Origin: Promethearchaeota archaeon
GTDB lineage: Archaea; Asgardarchaeota; Lokiarchaeia; Sigyniarchaeales; SOKP01
Reading direction: 5' to 3'
Assembly: GCA_016839765.1 (NCBI GenBank)
Contig: JAEOTP010000087.1
Coordinates: 15,742 to 79,741, forward strand
Length of the DNA stretch: 64,000 nucleotides
The position numbers and the translations under genes are program-made. The notes beneath the pieces were generated by a model. That model saw only the letters and a list, made by a program, of their open reading frames with translations. It was not told the origin of the DNA and did no database searches. The stretch's first letter is position 1. Every line of letters starts with the position of its first letter. Positions 39,954 through 49,304 of this stretch are shown here, piece by piece.

Positions 39954-40934
39954 TTAAGTTAGTTGTTCATAACCGTCTTCGGTTATTAATATAGTTTCTT
40001 CAGTTTGAGCTACATAAGTACCTTTTTGTTCGGCCAAAACATTATGAACTTTCAATTTATCTTGTTGCACTAGTTCTTGAAGTCCAAAAAGAACACCCAT
40101 TCTAAATTCTTTACCTAACCATCTTTCAGCAAATGGTAAAGTTTTATAATTTTTATTAATAAATCCTAGGATTTGTTTTGAAAATTTCCTTCTTAAAGGA
40201 ACTCTCCCTGTATATGGATTAAGTTCGTAAATATATGAGGCATTTGTGTAATGAACGGAACCATTTCCTGTTGAGGCAAATATTTCAACAGCAAACACAT
40301 CTCCTTCTTCCATTATATCACCACTTTGAGATCCTAATTCTGGAAGTTGTTTTTTGCCATGAACTGTCCATCTTTCAACTTGATGTCCACCAAGTTCTTT
40401 AATTGGAATATATTTAAATCCTCTAACAATATCTTCAATTTTCTTTCCTATATTTTTTGTATTAATTTTTGGTTTAGCTATCATTTTTGCCGCTTCTACA
40501 GCCACTTCTGTTGCTTGAATAATATTTTCTAATACTTTTTCATCATTAAAACTTATAGTGAAAGCCGTATCAACAATATATCCTTCAATATGTACTCCTA
40601 AATCAATTTTTACAATATCTCCATTCTTTATCACAAGATTATCGTCTTTTAATGGAGATGTGTAATGAGCTGCGACATTATTTATTCCTATATTTACAGG
40701 AAAAGCACAACCGCCTCCTAATTCCACTATTTTAGATTCTGTTGATTCAATTAAATCTAAAACTTTAGTATCTACTTTTATCCTTGGTTTAATAAAGCTT
40801 TTAACTTCTTGAGCTATTTTTCCAGCTTTTCTGAGTGATTCAATTTCATGTTGTTTTTCTTCTGCTTCTTTTTCTAGTTCCTCTTTGCTTTTCTTTTCAT
40901 CAGATTTAGTTTTTAATTTTTGATCCTTACTCAT
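39954..40934 (-). CDS. map: Methionine aminopeptidase type II
   Basis: AFPVN, AAHYT, DLGVHIEGYIVDTA, GH, E-FAS, TLPFAERW insert, Q-E-T. Confidence 0.93.
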   Translation of the reverse strand: MSKDQKLKTKSDEKKSKEELEKEAEEKQHEIESLRKAGKIAQEVKSFIKPRIKVDTKVLDLIESTESKIVELGGGCAFPVNIGINNVAAHYTSPLKDDNLVIKNGDIVKIDLGVHIEGYIVDTAFTISFNDEKVLENIIQATEVAVEAAKMIAKPKINTKNIGKKIEDIVRGFKYIPIKELGGHQVERWTVHGKKQLPELGSQSGDIMEEGDVFAVEIFASTGNGSVHYTNASYIYELNPYTGRVPLRRKFSKQILGFINKNYKTLPFAERWLGKEFRMGVLFGLQELVQQDKLKVHNVLAEQKGTYVAQTEETILITEDGYEQLT

Positions 40935-41148
40935 TAAAATTAGTAAATGTAAATATTGATAAAAATATTTTTTAAAAGGCTTATTATTTCAGACTAAAAA
41001 GAAAAATAAAAATAAATAAAGTAAATATTAATAATTAAATATAGTTAATTTTAATAGATCATATAATTGAATAATTTATTACCCATTTAATTTGAATTTT
41101 TGTTGAGGAAAACGTCAAGGAGATCAATTCTACAACATAATACATTAT

Positions 41149-41153
41149 GGAGG
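41149..41153 (+). promoter_or_regulatory. Shine-Dalgarno motif for the roadblock gene
   Basis: GGAGG 9 nt upstream of TTG start at 41163. Confidence 0.6.
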
Positions 41154-41162
41154 AAATAAATC

Positions 41163-41534
41163 TTGTCTGAAAATATCAGTGAACTTACAGATCTGCTAAG
41201 AAAATTATCTGCTGTAAATTCGGATATAGAAGGGTCGGCTATTGTTAGTGTACAAGGACTTCCGATTTGTTCTGTTTTAAGCCGTGATGTAAATGATGGT
41301 ATTGTATCTGCTATGTCAGCAGCAATTCAGAGTGTATCAGAAAGAGCGGTTGAGGAATTAGATCGGGGAGGTTTAAAAAGGATTCTTATTGAGGGGGTAA
41401 GTGGAATTATAATTTTATCAAAAGCCGGTGAAAATGCTATATTGTGTACATTATGCCATGCAAACGCAAGTTTAGGAATGGTTTTTCTCAATATTCAAAG
41501 TGTCGCAAATAGAATAGCAGCTTTATTGGATTAA
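41163..41534 (+). CDS. Roadblock/LC7 (MglB-like) protein
   Basis: IEGSAIVSVQGLPI-x-S, VSAMSAA, EL-x-RG-x-L-x2-ILIEG, LGMVF. Confidence 0.9.
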   Translation: MSENISELTDLLRKLSAVNSDIEGSAIVSVQGLPICSVLSRDVNDGIVSAMSAAIQSVSERAVEELDRGGLKRILIEGVSGIIILSKAGENAILCTLCHANASLGMVFLNIQSVANRIAALLD

Positions 41535-41603
41535 TTTTAATGATATAAAAATTATATAATTGATTTTAGAATTACTTATTCTTTAAGGATATCAAGAGAA
41601 AAT

Positions 41604-42905
41604 TTGGATGAATTCAATTTGAGTATGCAAAATGAATCAGAAAGGAGAAAGTTAGAAAATAAATATCATGGATATTTATCTTACTTTTTAAAAAATAAAA
41701 AATTTGAAAAAATTAGAAAATTAATTGAGAAATCGATAGATTTAGATATTTTTATCAATCCCCGTAAAATTCCCAATCGAATTGAAATAATTTCCAATTT
41801 ATTAGTAGAATGTATTAGAAATCTTAATATAGGTGAAATTTTTAATATTTTGAGGTTTGTTAATAAATACAATTTAGTTGATAGAGATTTAACTGATTCA
41901 GAATTAAAAATTGTTGAGGAAATTAAAATTAATTCTTTATTCATTACTAATTTAATAGATTTATTCGGAAATGTTTCTAATTCTTTTATATTTTACGTTA
42001 GAAAAGTAATGCCTTCCAATTTATATAGCTATTATAACAATTATTTTAGCGAATATTCTTTTTATTCTAATGATGGTTATGATATAAATTTAATCTTGAA
42101 TTACTTAAACGAATATAGTGTTTATGGATTAACTATTAAGCTATTGGGCAATTTGGAGGATTTTATTAGCTCATTTAATAATAACTATGTGAATAAAAAT
42201 GAGAAATTTATCGAGTTTAAATTTGCAAACAAAAAACATTTAGTTTCACCGAAAAACATCTTAAAAAACATGAAAAAAATTACTTCTCGCGAACAATATA
42301 AATTCTATAGCTTATCAATGGTTATTTTATATGGAATTGGTCCTCAAGGATTTGGATTCACCTTTTCAACACCCAAAGGGGAGGTGATTGAAATCTGTTC
42401 TGATGTTAAAGAAAATGAAGCAATAATTATCAAATATAAAGAATTCTTAACAGAACGGTTTTTATTAAAACTAGAGCAAGAATTTATTGATCTTAATGTT
42501 GAGGGTTCAACTATAGATAAATTAAATATTTATCTCTTAGAATTAATTAAACCTAAGAACTTAATTAACTATTATAAGAAGGACGAGATTTTAGGTAAAA
42601 TTAAATATTTTTTTGATTCTAATATTTCGAATTCAATTAATAAAAAACAACATTTTCAAAAGTTAATAAATAAAATTTCAAAAAGAATTTCTAAAATTTT
42701 AAGGCCAATTGAAATGATTGACCAATTTAAAGTTAGAATGGATTTGTTAGCAGATGATAAGTTAAGATCTGAAGATATAGCAAAACTCACGAGTTTAAAA
42801 GAAAAATCCCATTATGATGTTCTTAGAGAGCGTGTTTTTCTTCAATATATTGTGGATTGGTTTTATAAAATATATTTGGAAAACGAAGCTGATATGAAAG
42901 ATTAA
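41604..42905 (+). CDS. Hypothetical protein
   Basis: 433-codon ORF with a conserved-looking core GIGPQGFGFTFSTPKGEVIEICSD. Confidence 0.7.
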   Translation: MDEFNLSMQNESERRKLENKYHGYLSYFLKNKKFEKIRKLIEKSIDLDIFINPRKIPNRIEIISNLLVECIRNLNIGEIFNILRFVNKYNLVDRDLTDSELKIVEEIKINSLFITNLIDLFGNVSNSFIFYVRKVMPSNLYSYYNNYFSEYSFYSNDGYDINLILNYLNEYSVYGLTIKLLGNLEDFISSFNNNYVNKNEKFIEFKFANKKHLVSPKNILKNMKKITSREQYKFYSLSMVILYGIGPQGFGFTFSTPKGEVIEICSDVKENEAIIIKYKEFLTERFLLKLEQEFIDLNVEGSTIDKLNIYLLELIKPKNLINYYKKDEILGKIKYFFDSNISNSINKKQHFQKLINKISKRISKILRPIEMIDQFKVRMDLLADDKLRSEDIAKLTSLKEKSHYDVLRERVFLQYIVDWFYKIYLENEADMKD

Positions 42906-42943
42906 TTAATAAGCATTAGGTGCCTTTATTAGTTTAAAGTAAA

Positions 42944-43039
42944 TTAAAAATTACCAATACCTCCCCCGAGTGCCCCAAAAATTGCTCCGAATAAAATAAT
43001 TAGTATTAACAGTAGCCATCCAAATCCAGCACCTATCAT
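42944..43039 (-). pseudogene. Small Gly-rich hydrophobic ORF or remnant of a membrane protein
   Basis: MIGAGFGWLLLILIILFGAIFGALGGGIGNF; frame open upstream (IIYGYAIFILLDQFGSL) without a start. Confidence 0.35.
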
Positions 43040-43174
43040 TAATGAACCAAATTGGTCTAAAAGTATAAATATTGCATACCCGTATATTATTATATATTTT
43101 AAATAAAAATAATTCTATAGTATGTAAAGTATTAAAAATTAATTTTTTAAATTATAAAAAGGTGAATCATAAAA

Positions 43175-43876
43175 TTGTTCGCTACCATCGAAGGATGGCT
43201 TAACGGGATTTCTGCTTTGGGTGTACTTTCTATAAATCTAATAATAGGCTTTTATGGGTTATATAAAGCAAGTAAATTGAAAGCTAAACTTCTTACTGTT
43301 ACTGCACTGACTATTATTTTTGTTGGATTTTTATGGCTAGGTCCAACAACAGATTTTATCAAAATTCTTATAACAGATTCTAATATTGACCCATATTGGG
43401 TATATCCATTACTAAGTTATATGTGGGCTGCTCCGGGTATAACTTTGGGTATGTATATTGGCGGAGAATTATTGATACCAAAAAAGAAATGGATTCTAGT
43501 GGGGATTTTCCTTATTATAAGTATTGTTTATGAATATTTTCTTTTTTCGAATCCTTTAGGTTCTTTTCATTTTGATTTACCAACACCCGGTTCAGATTTG
43601 ATTGATACATCTAGTAATTATTCGTATTACACTTCCTACTTTTTAATTGTTTTTATACTATCTATTTTAATCTTTAACGGTATTGGGTTCTTAATGAAAG
43701 CTAAGCAAGCAACAGGGATTTTAAGAAGAAAATTTCTATACCTATCCCTTGGCTTTATTGTCTTTGCAATCATTGTAATTTTTGATTCAGTAGTTCCTCC
43801 TGTGACTGCCTTATTTATTGTTAGATTTGGAATTATAGTAAGTAGCATTTTATTATATCTCGGAATTAAAACCTAA
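43175..43876 (+). CDS. Seven-TM membrane protein of unknown function
   Basis: About 7 hydrophobic helices; GGTGA SD upstream of TTG. Confidence 0.72.
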   Translation: MFATIEGWLNGISALGVLSINLIIGFYGLYKASKLKAKLLTVTALTIIFVGFLWLGPTTDFIKILITDSNIDPYWVYPLLSYMWAAPGITLGMYIGGELLIPKKKWILVGIFLIISIVYEYFLFSNPLGSFHFDLPTPGSDLIDTSSNYSYYTSYFLIVFILSILIFNGIGFLMKAKQATGILRRKFLYLSLGFIVFAIIVIFDSVVPPVTALFIVRFGIIVSSILLYLGIKT

Positions 43877-44032
43877 AATTTATTTATTTTTTTTATTTTA
43901 TTATTTTAATTTCTTTAAACAAGCGGAATATAAGTGGAACGAAGAAATAATTAAAAGTCTAAATACTTAGTTATTTTCCAGTTAATTTGATTTAAAAAAA
44001 TCTCTCTTTAAAAATATAATTTTCAAAGAAGC

Positions 44033-45523
44033 TTACTTTCTAATTTCTTGAATATAATCAAAAATAGTATCAATTCTCCCCTTAATGGTTCCAAACAGTC
44101 CTTCTTCTTCCGAAACAACTGAATTAATAGCAGTTTTCAAGCCATAATGACTTTCAGATACTAAAACGCGTATAGGTAATGTAAGAATTTCATTGAAGAG
44201 CATTAGAATTTCTTGGATAACTCCAATTATCTTTGGAAATTTTTCTTCTGATTTTTCTATCATCGATTGTTCAGAGGGAATTAGCTCATCTTCTTTTTCT
44301 CTCCTTAGTTCTTCCCAAACATTTTCTTTTAATTCTGAAAAATTGATGCCTAAATTCTCTAAAGCCAACTGAGCGCCTTCAAAAAGAAAAGTTACATCGT
44401 CCTTCCCTGAAAATTTCTTTACGTTCTCAACCATTTCTACTGGAGCAAGTCCATCAAGAAAAGTTATCAAAAGATGATGATAATCATTTATTACATCTAT
44501 TGGAATGAATAATAAAGCAAAATCTCTTAATTGTTTAAAAAGATAGCCTGCAACTTTAGCAAACGTTTCATTTGCTAATATCTTTTCTACTAATCCTCCA
44601 TATTCATTAAAAACGTGAATTGTTAAAAACCCAATTATCCTAATCATATCATCTTCATAATTCTTAAAGTAATCAAAAAAATGTTCTGGTTCCATATTTA
44701 GTTTATCCTCAATAATCTCCGCTACCTTTCTCTTAATGCCCTCTAATGGTTCATCTAGTAATTCTTCAATTTTATCTAATGTAAGAGCCTCTTGTAATTT
44801 ATCAATAATATCTAATTTCGTATCTTGAATAAGCTCTTCTTCCATTCTTTCTTCAAAAAATACACCAGATTTTAGTTGATCTTGTATTCGAATTGCAGTA
44901 AATTCTTTCCATTCAGTAGTGTCATATATTTTACATATAAATTGAAGACACTGCCCTCCTTTTGTCTTACAATTTTGCTCTACAATGTTAATTCGATAGT
45001 CATTTTTCTTTATTCTAAGAATAAAATTAGCTACACTTTCTAACATTCCACATAAACCACAAGCTAAACCTTCAGTTTCTTTATTTTTTAAATTTTGAAA
45101 ATTAAATGTATCTTTTTCATCTAGTCCATAACTAGCGCAAATTGGACAGTTCTTAATCTTAACAATATAATCATTATATTTAGTACCCTCTTTAGGTATT
45201 TCTTCATAATTTAAGCCTCCTTCTTCTATCTCCTTCCCAAATACCACAATCCATAATAGCTCAAAATATTCAACTACTTTTTTAGGGCTACCTGGCATCC
45301 ATTTAAATACACCCGAATGGCGCTCGCATGATTCTAAAGCTGCATTTTTCCCAATTTCTCTTAAAATAATTAGACTATCTTCCTCATTCTCAGTTATTTC
45401 ATTAATCTCTTTAAGAATTTCACGATTAAGAAGTGTATAGAAAAGAGAATTAGTACTTCGACCGAAAGCTTTAGAAATCTTTTTTAATAGCCATTGTACA
45501 ATACCCATGTTATTTTCCTCCAT
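44033..45523 (-). CDS. V4R (H-NOX/Bet3-fold) domain protein with long acidic helical C-terminal region
   Basis: LREIGK, CPIC, ACG-x-CGMLES, EQNCKTKGGQC-x-F V4R pattern. Confidence 0.65.
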   Translation of the reverse strand: MEENNMGIVQWLLKKISKAFGRSTNSLFYTLLNREILKEINEITENEEDSLIILREIGKNAALESCERHSGVFKWMPGSPKKVVEYFELLWIVVFGKEIEEGGLNYEEIPKEGTKYNDYIVKIKNCPICASYGLDEKDTFNFQNLKNKETEGLACGLCGMLESVANFILRIKKNDYRINIVEQNCKTKGGQCLQFICKIYDTTEWKEFTAIRIQDQLKSGVFFEERMEEELIQDTKLDIIDKLQEALTLDKIEELLDEPLEGIKRKVAEIIEDKLNMEPEHFFDYFKNYEDDMIRIIGFLTIHVFNEYGGLVEKILANETFAKVAGYLFKQLRDFALLFIPIDVINDYHHLLITFLDGLAPVEMVENVKKFSGKDDVTFLFEGAQLALENLGINFSELKENVWEELRREKEDELIPSEQSMIEKSEEKFPKIIGVIQEILMLFNEILTLPIRVLVSESHYGLKTAINSVVSEEEGLFGTIKGRIDTIFDYIQEIRK

Positions 45524-46043
45524 CAGTATATTTAAATAATTGAATACATGATTTATTACCGAAAGTACGTGATTCTTTAATTTCTATAGGATAAATCGAG
45601 AAGGAATGATCTTCCTCTGCCTGATTATTAATCAATGACACGAGTTCAGCAACCATAGCTGCTATGATTTCACATCCAGCAACGTGAATATCTTCAAAAT
45701 GATATTTACATAGAGCACAATCATTATCTTTCACTGAAATAAGTTTCTCATAATCATTGATTTCAATCGAAACTGAACTATTTAAAATGTTCTTATAAAT
45801 AGTAGCAAGAACATTCTTTATATTAGTTATATCTACCTTATCAATCGGTTTCCAATATCTAATATACGTGTTTGCAATATTCTGACCTATTCTTTGAAAT
45901 CTCTGCTTAATTTCAGAAATATTATTATTTTTTATAAAACGTTCAAGATGGTAAATCGCATTTCGCATTTGATTCATGGTAGCCTCTGATTCGACTAAAT
46001 CTTTTCTTGAATAACTCATCATAAATCTACTCTGAAAATTCAA
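45510..46043 (-). CDS. Stand-alone V4R/Bet3-like protein
   Basis: QRIGQNIA, DCALC, GCEIIAAM, ESRTFGNKSC; start probably at an ATG a few codons downstream. Confidence 0.62.
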   Translation of the reverse strand: MNFQSRFMMSYSRKDLVESEATMNQMRNAIYHLERFIKNNNISEIKQRFQRIGQNIANTYIRYWKPIDKVDITNIKNVLATIYKNILNSSVSIEINDYEKLISVKDNDCALCKYHFEDIHVAGCEIIAAMVAELVSLINNQAEEDHSFSIYPIEIKESRTFGNKSCIQLFKYTDGGK

Positions 46044-46314
46044 AATTTAAATAATAGTTGAAAAAGGATAATCTAATTTAATATTTATGATACAAATTCG
46101 AATTTTATAGGGATGAGATTTTAATTTTACAAAAGAGATTTGTTATGAGAAGAAATTCATAACTTTTCTTGTTAGCTCCTTGATTTTTTATAAATGAAAT
46201 TAATATAAACTCAAATTAATTATTCCTATCAATATTAACCAAAATAATTTATTATTTTGTACATTATTAAAACTAACTTTAGGAAAATTTGTAAATATTA
46301 AAGGTTGAGATTTT

Positions 46315-46671
46315 ATGACTAATATCGAAGAATTAAAAAATTATGGGCTCGATATTACTGAGGATATGAAGCAAGGAGTCTTAATATGTGATATATATAC
46401 GGTTTGGTGTGGGCCTTGCAAGTTTTTAAGCCCAATCTTAGAAAAGCTCAAGGAAGAGGGGCTTATAAAATTACTAGCCGTAGATTTAGACCAAAATAGA
46501 CCTTTAGGTGAAAAATTTGGTGTGACAGCTATCCCAACGCTTCTGTTTTTTAAAGATGGCGAAATGGTTGATGGTACTATTGAGATTCAAGGTCAACCCT
46601 TAGTAAGAGATGGAATAATGATAGGAGCTGCTGGAGAGAATGTTTTAAAAAGTATTATAGCGAAGATTTAA
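46315..46671 (+). CDS. trxA: Thioredoxin
   Basis: WCGPC, AIPTLLFFKDG. Confidence 0.9.
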   Translation: MTNIEELKNYGLDITEDMKQGVLICDIYTVWCGPCKFLSPILEKLKEEGLIKLLAVDLDQNRPLGEKFGVTAIPTLLFFKDGEMVDGTIEIQGQPLVRDGIMIGAAGENVLKSIIAKI

Positions 46672-46864
46672 TTTTTCATAAAAATATATTTAAAAAATTG
46701 ATTTACTCTTTTTTTTAAACTAGCTTTTATAAACCTATTGATTTCATTTAAAATGTTTGAAATATCTTTTTTAAAATGATTTTAATTGAAAAATAAAAGA
46801 ATTAATTTTAAAATAGAATGAGAGTTATTAATATATAAGTTTAAGTAAATCTCATATAATTAAA

Positions 46865-47368
46865 ATGGCAACTATAGATTTTGATTTTAGAAACCAGATC
46901 ATCCAATCCGATATTGGGAGTACACTTGCTTATTGCTATCAGTGTGCTACTTGCAGTGGGGCATGCCCAGTAGCACAAGTCACTAATGGACGCTATAATC
47001 CAAGAAGATTGATTTTAGATGCTCTCCTTGGGTTAAAAGAAAAGATTTTTGGTAAGGAAAACGCATTTAATATCTGGGGATGCACTGTTTGTGATACCTG
47101 TGATGAAGTTTGCCCTCAAAAGGTTGAACTTACTGAAATTTTTACTATTCTAAAAAATATGAGCGTTGCTCGGGGAGAAGCTCCTGATTATTATACTACT
47201 CAAGCATCAACAATTTTAGAAAATGGAAAAGCAATCCCGATGCAACCAGCGATAGAAAGAAGGAGGGATCAACTTGGATTACCAAAAGTTTTAACTCCTG
47301 ATGTTAATGAAGTACAAAAACTTTTAGAAACAACAAAATTAACTGAAAAACTTAAGAAAGAAGAATAA
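46865..47368 (+). CDS. hdrC: Heterodisulfide reductase subunit C-like Fe-S protein
   Basis: CYQCATCSGACP, NPRR, WGCTVCDTCDEVCP, R-x2-LGLP. Confidence 0.85.
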   Translation: MATIDFDFRNQIIQSDIGSTLAYCYQCATCSGACPVAQVTNGRYNPRRLILDALLGLKEKIFGKENAFNIWGCTVCDTCDEVCPQKVELTEIFTILKNMSVARGEAPDYYTTQASTILENGKAIPMQPAIERRRDQLGLPKVLTPDVNEVQKLLETTKLTEKLKKEE

Positions 47369-47500
47369 TTTTTCTTTTGATACTCTTTTTAAAAATAATT
47401 TTATTTTTTAGAATCTTTAACAATATAATCGTTCTTAGAATTGAAATTAGATTGAAAATAGATTTATTTAAAATTAATAATCATTAAAGAAGTGAATTTG

Positions 47501-48271
47501 ATGAGAAAGCCAGTTATTGGTGCAAATTGGAAAATGAATCGAGGAACGCCTAAGGAAGCATTAGAAATGATTCAAGATTTTAAATCTAATATAAAAAAGA
47601 CAACCTCAGTTGATATTATTATCTTTCCGCCATACACAGTTTTAAATACAATTTTTAATACTGTTAAAAAGACTCAAATAAAGGTTGGAGCTCAAAATAT
47701 GTATTTTGAAGAAAAAGGAGCTTTTACAGGAGAAATTTCTCCCATATTCCTTAAAAATATTGGTTGCGAATATGTAATATTGGGACACAGTGAAAGAAGA
47801 GATATTTTTCAAGAGACTGATGAAATAATAAATAAAAAGTTGAAAAAAGCTTTATTTATAAGTTTAAATCCTATAGTATGTATAGGAGAACACCTTGAAA
47901 AAAGAGAAGCTGGTAAAACGAAAGAAATTATTCTTAATCAATTCATGAATACTTTCAAGGACCTTACTAAAGAAGAAATTAGAAAAACTATAATTGCTTA
48001 TGAACCAATTTGGGCAATAGGAACAGGTAAAACTGCTACACCAGAGCAAGCTGAAGAGATACATCACTATATTCGTGAATTATTAGAAAACAATTATGAT
48101 AGAGATACAGCTCAAAGCGTAAGAATTCAATATGGCGGTTCAATAAAACCAAATAATGCTGAAGATTTATTTAGGAAAGAGAATATTGATGGAGGTTTAG
48201 TAGGAGGCGCATCTCTACAAGCAGAATCCCTATTTGAAATAGTAAAAGCTGCGCAAGCAACTTTAAAGTAG
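47501..48271 (+). CDS. tpiA: Triosephosphate isomerase (bacterial/eukaryotic length type)
   Basis: ANWKMN, GAFTGE, GHSERR, AYEPIWAIGTG, YGGS, LVGGASL. Confidence 0.96.
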   Translation: MRKPVIGANWKMNRGTPKEALEMIQDFKSNIKKTTSVDIIIFPPYTVLNTIFNTVKKTQIKVGAQNMYFEEKGAFTGEISPIFLKNIGCEYVILGHSERRDIFQETDEIINKKLKKALFISLNPIVCIGEHLEKREAGKTKEIILNQFMNTFKDLTKEEIRKTIIAYEPIWAIGTGKTATPEQAEEIHHYIRELLENNYDRDTAQSVRIQYGGSIKPNNAEDLFRKENIDGGLVGGASLQAESLFEIVKAAQATLK

Positions 48272-48285
48272 ATTTATTATCAAAT

Positions 48286-49143
48286 TTATCCAAGAATTTG
48301 ATTAAATTTTGCGGCTAATGTTCCAGGAAATTCTCCTAAGTATGATTGGGGCTCAGCGAACAATAGATAAAAGTATGATTCAAACAAATCATTAACTGTT
48401 GGTCCTACTCCTGACTTAATAATATACACCCATATTTGCTCTTGAGAAAGATAAGACTGCCTATAAATCCATTCCATAGGAGATATTTCAGGAAAAATTC
48501 CAATGTGTCTAAGAATTGTATCAATATCATTTAAAGAATATTTTTTTCCAAACACGATAATTGGTGATAAATCAAATGAAGTAATGCATATTCCGTTAAG
48601 ACCGTATCCTTTCATTTCACTGAGTAGATTATTTCCTAGCTTTGATATTTCATGCGTATTAGTTTGAATTCGATTTCTTGCTTCTTTATCCATCAGAATA
48701 TCAAGGATTAAGTCTTCCTCATTTTGTAAAATTTCTAATGCAGAATCAAGAGGAATTTTATCTGCTATAATTAAATTATACATTAGCTTTATTTTTTGAT
48801 GAACTGATTTATGTAATAAATAAGGTTCTGTTTGAGTAGTTATCAATACATCTCCATTATATTTTGAATCTTTATCAAAATGGGTAGCTTTTTTATTTGA
48901 ATTAAATTCAAGAATTTCTATTTTTTTATCTAAATTACGCGCAAATTCAAATAAGGCAGAAACTAGACCCGCATTAAGTTCAAAAGAACTGACAGGGTCT
49001 AAATTTAAGACAGGATCTGATTTATCTTCGGAAAAATCAAAAAATCTTAAAAATAATGTTACATTTTTAGGTGGATCTTTCACATGTAAGTGGTAATAAG
49101 GAAATCCAGTGTTTGTTATAACTGAAAGTTCGTAAAAAGTCAT
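48286..49143 (-). CDS. Longin-like domain protein (possibly two tandem longin/roadblock-like folds)
   Basis: ELSVITNTGFPYY and LNAGLVSALFEFA longin hallmarks; second beta-hairpin start GICITSFDLSPI. Confidence 0.55.
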   Translation of the reverse strand: MTFYELSVITNTGFPYYHLHVKDPPKNVTLFLRFFDFSEDKSDPVLNLDPVSSFELNAGLVSALFEFARNLDKKIEILEFNSNKKATHFDKDSKYNGDVLITTQTEPYLLHKSVHQKIKLMYNLIIADKIPLDSALEILQNEEDLILDILMDKEARNRIQTNTHEISKLGNNLLSEMKGYGLNGICITSFDLSPIIVFGKKYSLNDIDTILRHIGIFPEISPMEWIYRQSYLSQEQIWVYIIKSGVGPTVNDLFESYFYLLFAEPQSYLGEFPGTLAAKFNQILG

Positions 49144-49304
49144 ATTTTTTGATTTTAATAATAAGGTTTCATCATTTAATTTATGGTATATCTACTAATA
49201 ATGATTTAAGTATAAATATTTAAATTAATTGAGTTAATATCTATGTGATAATCGGCAAAACAAAAGAATTCTAACGATTTTTTTCTTTTGAAATATTCAT
49301 TTTC

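Noticed and set aside
43175-43876. Seven-TM protein as rhodopsin or GPCR
   Set aside because: No retinal-binding Lys motif in the last helix and no GPCR motifs; TM count alone is insufficient
46315-47491. Selenoprotein or SECIS around thioredoxin/hdrC (Lokiarchaeia encode Sec)
   Set aside because: All redox Cys positions are Cys codons, the genes end in TAA, and no convincing SECIS hairpin follows
49165-49175. ATGATGA box C-like motif upstream of the longin-like gene
   Set aside because: No matching CTGA box D at a suitable distance; expected by chance in AT-rich DNA
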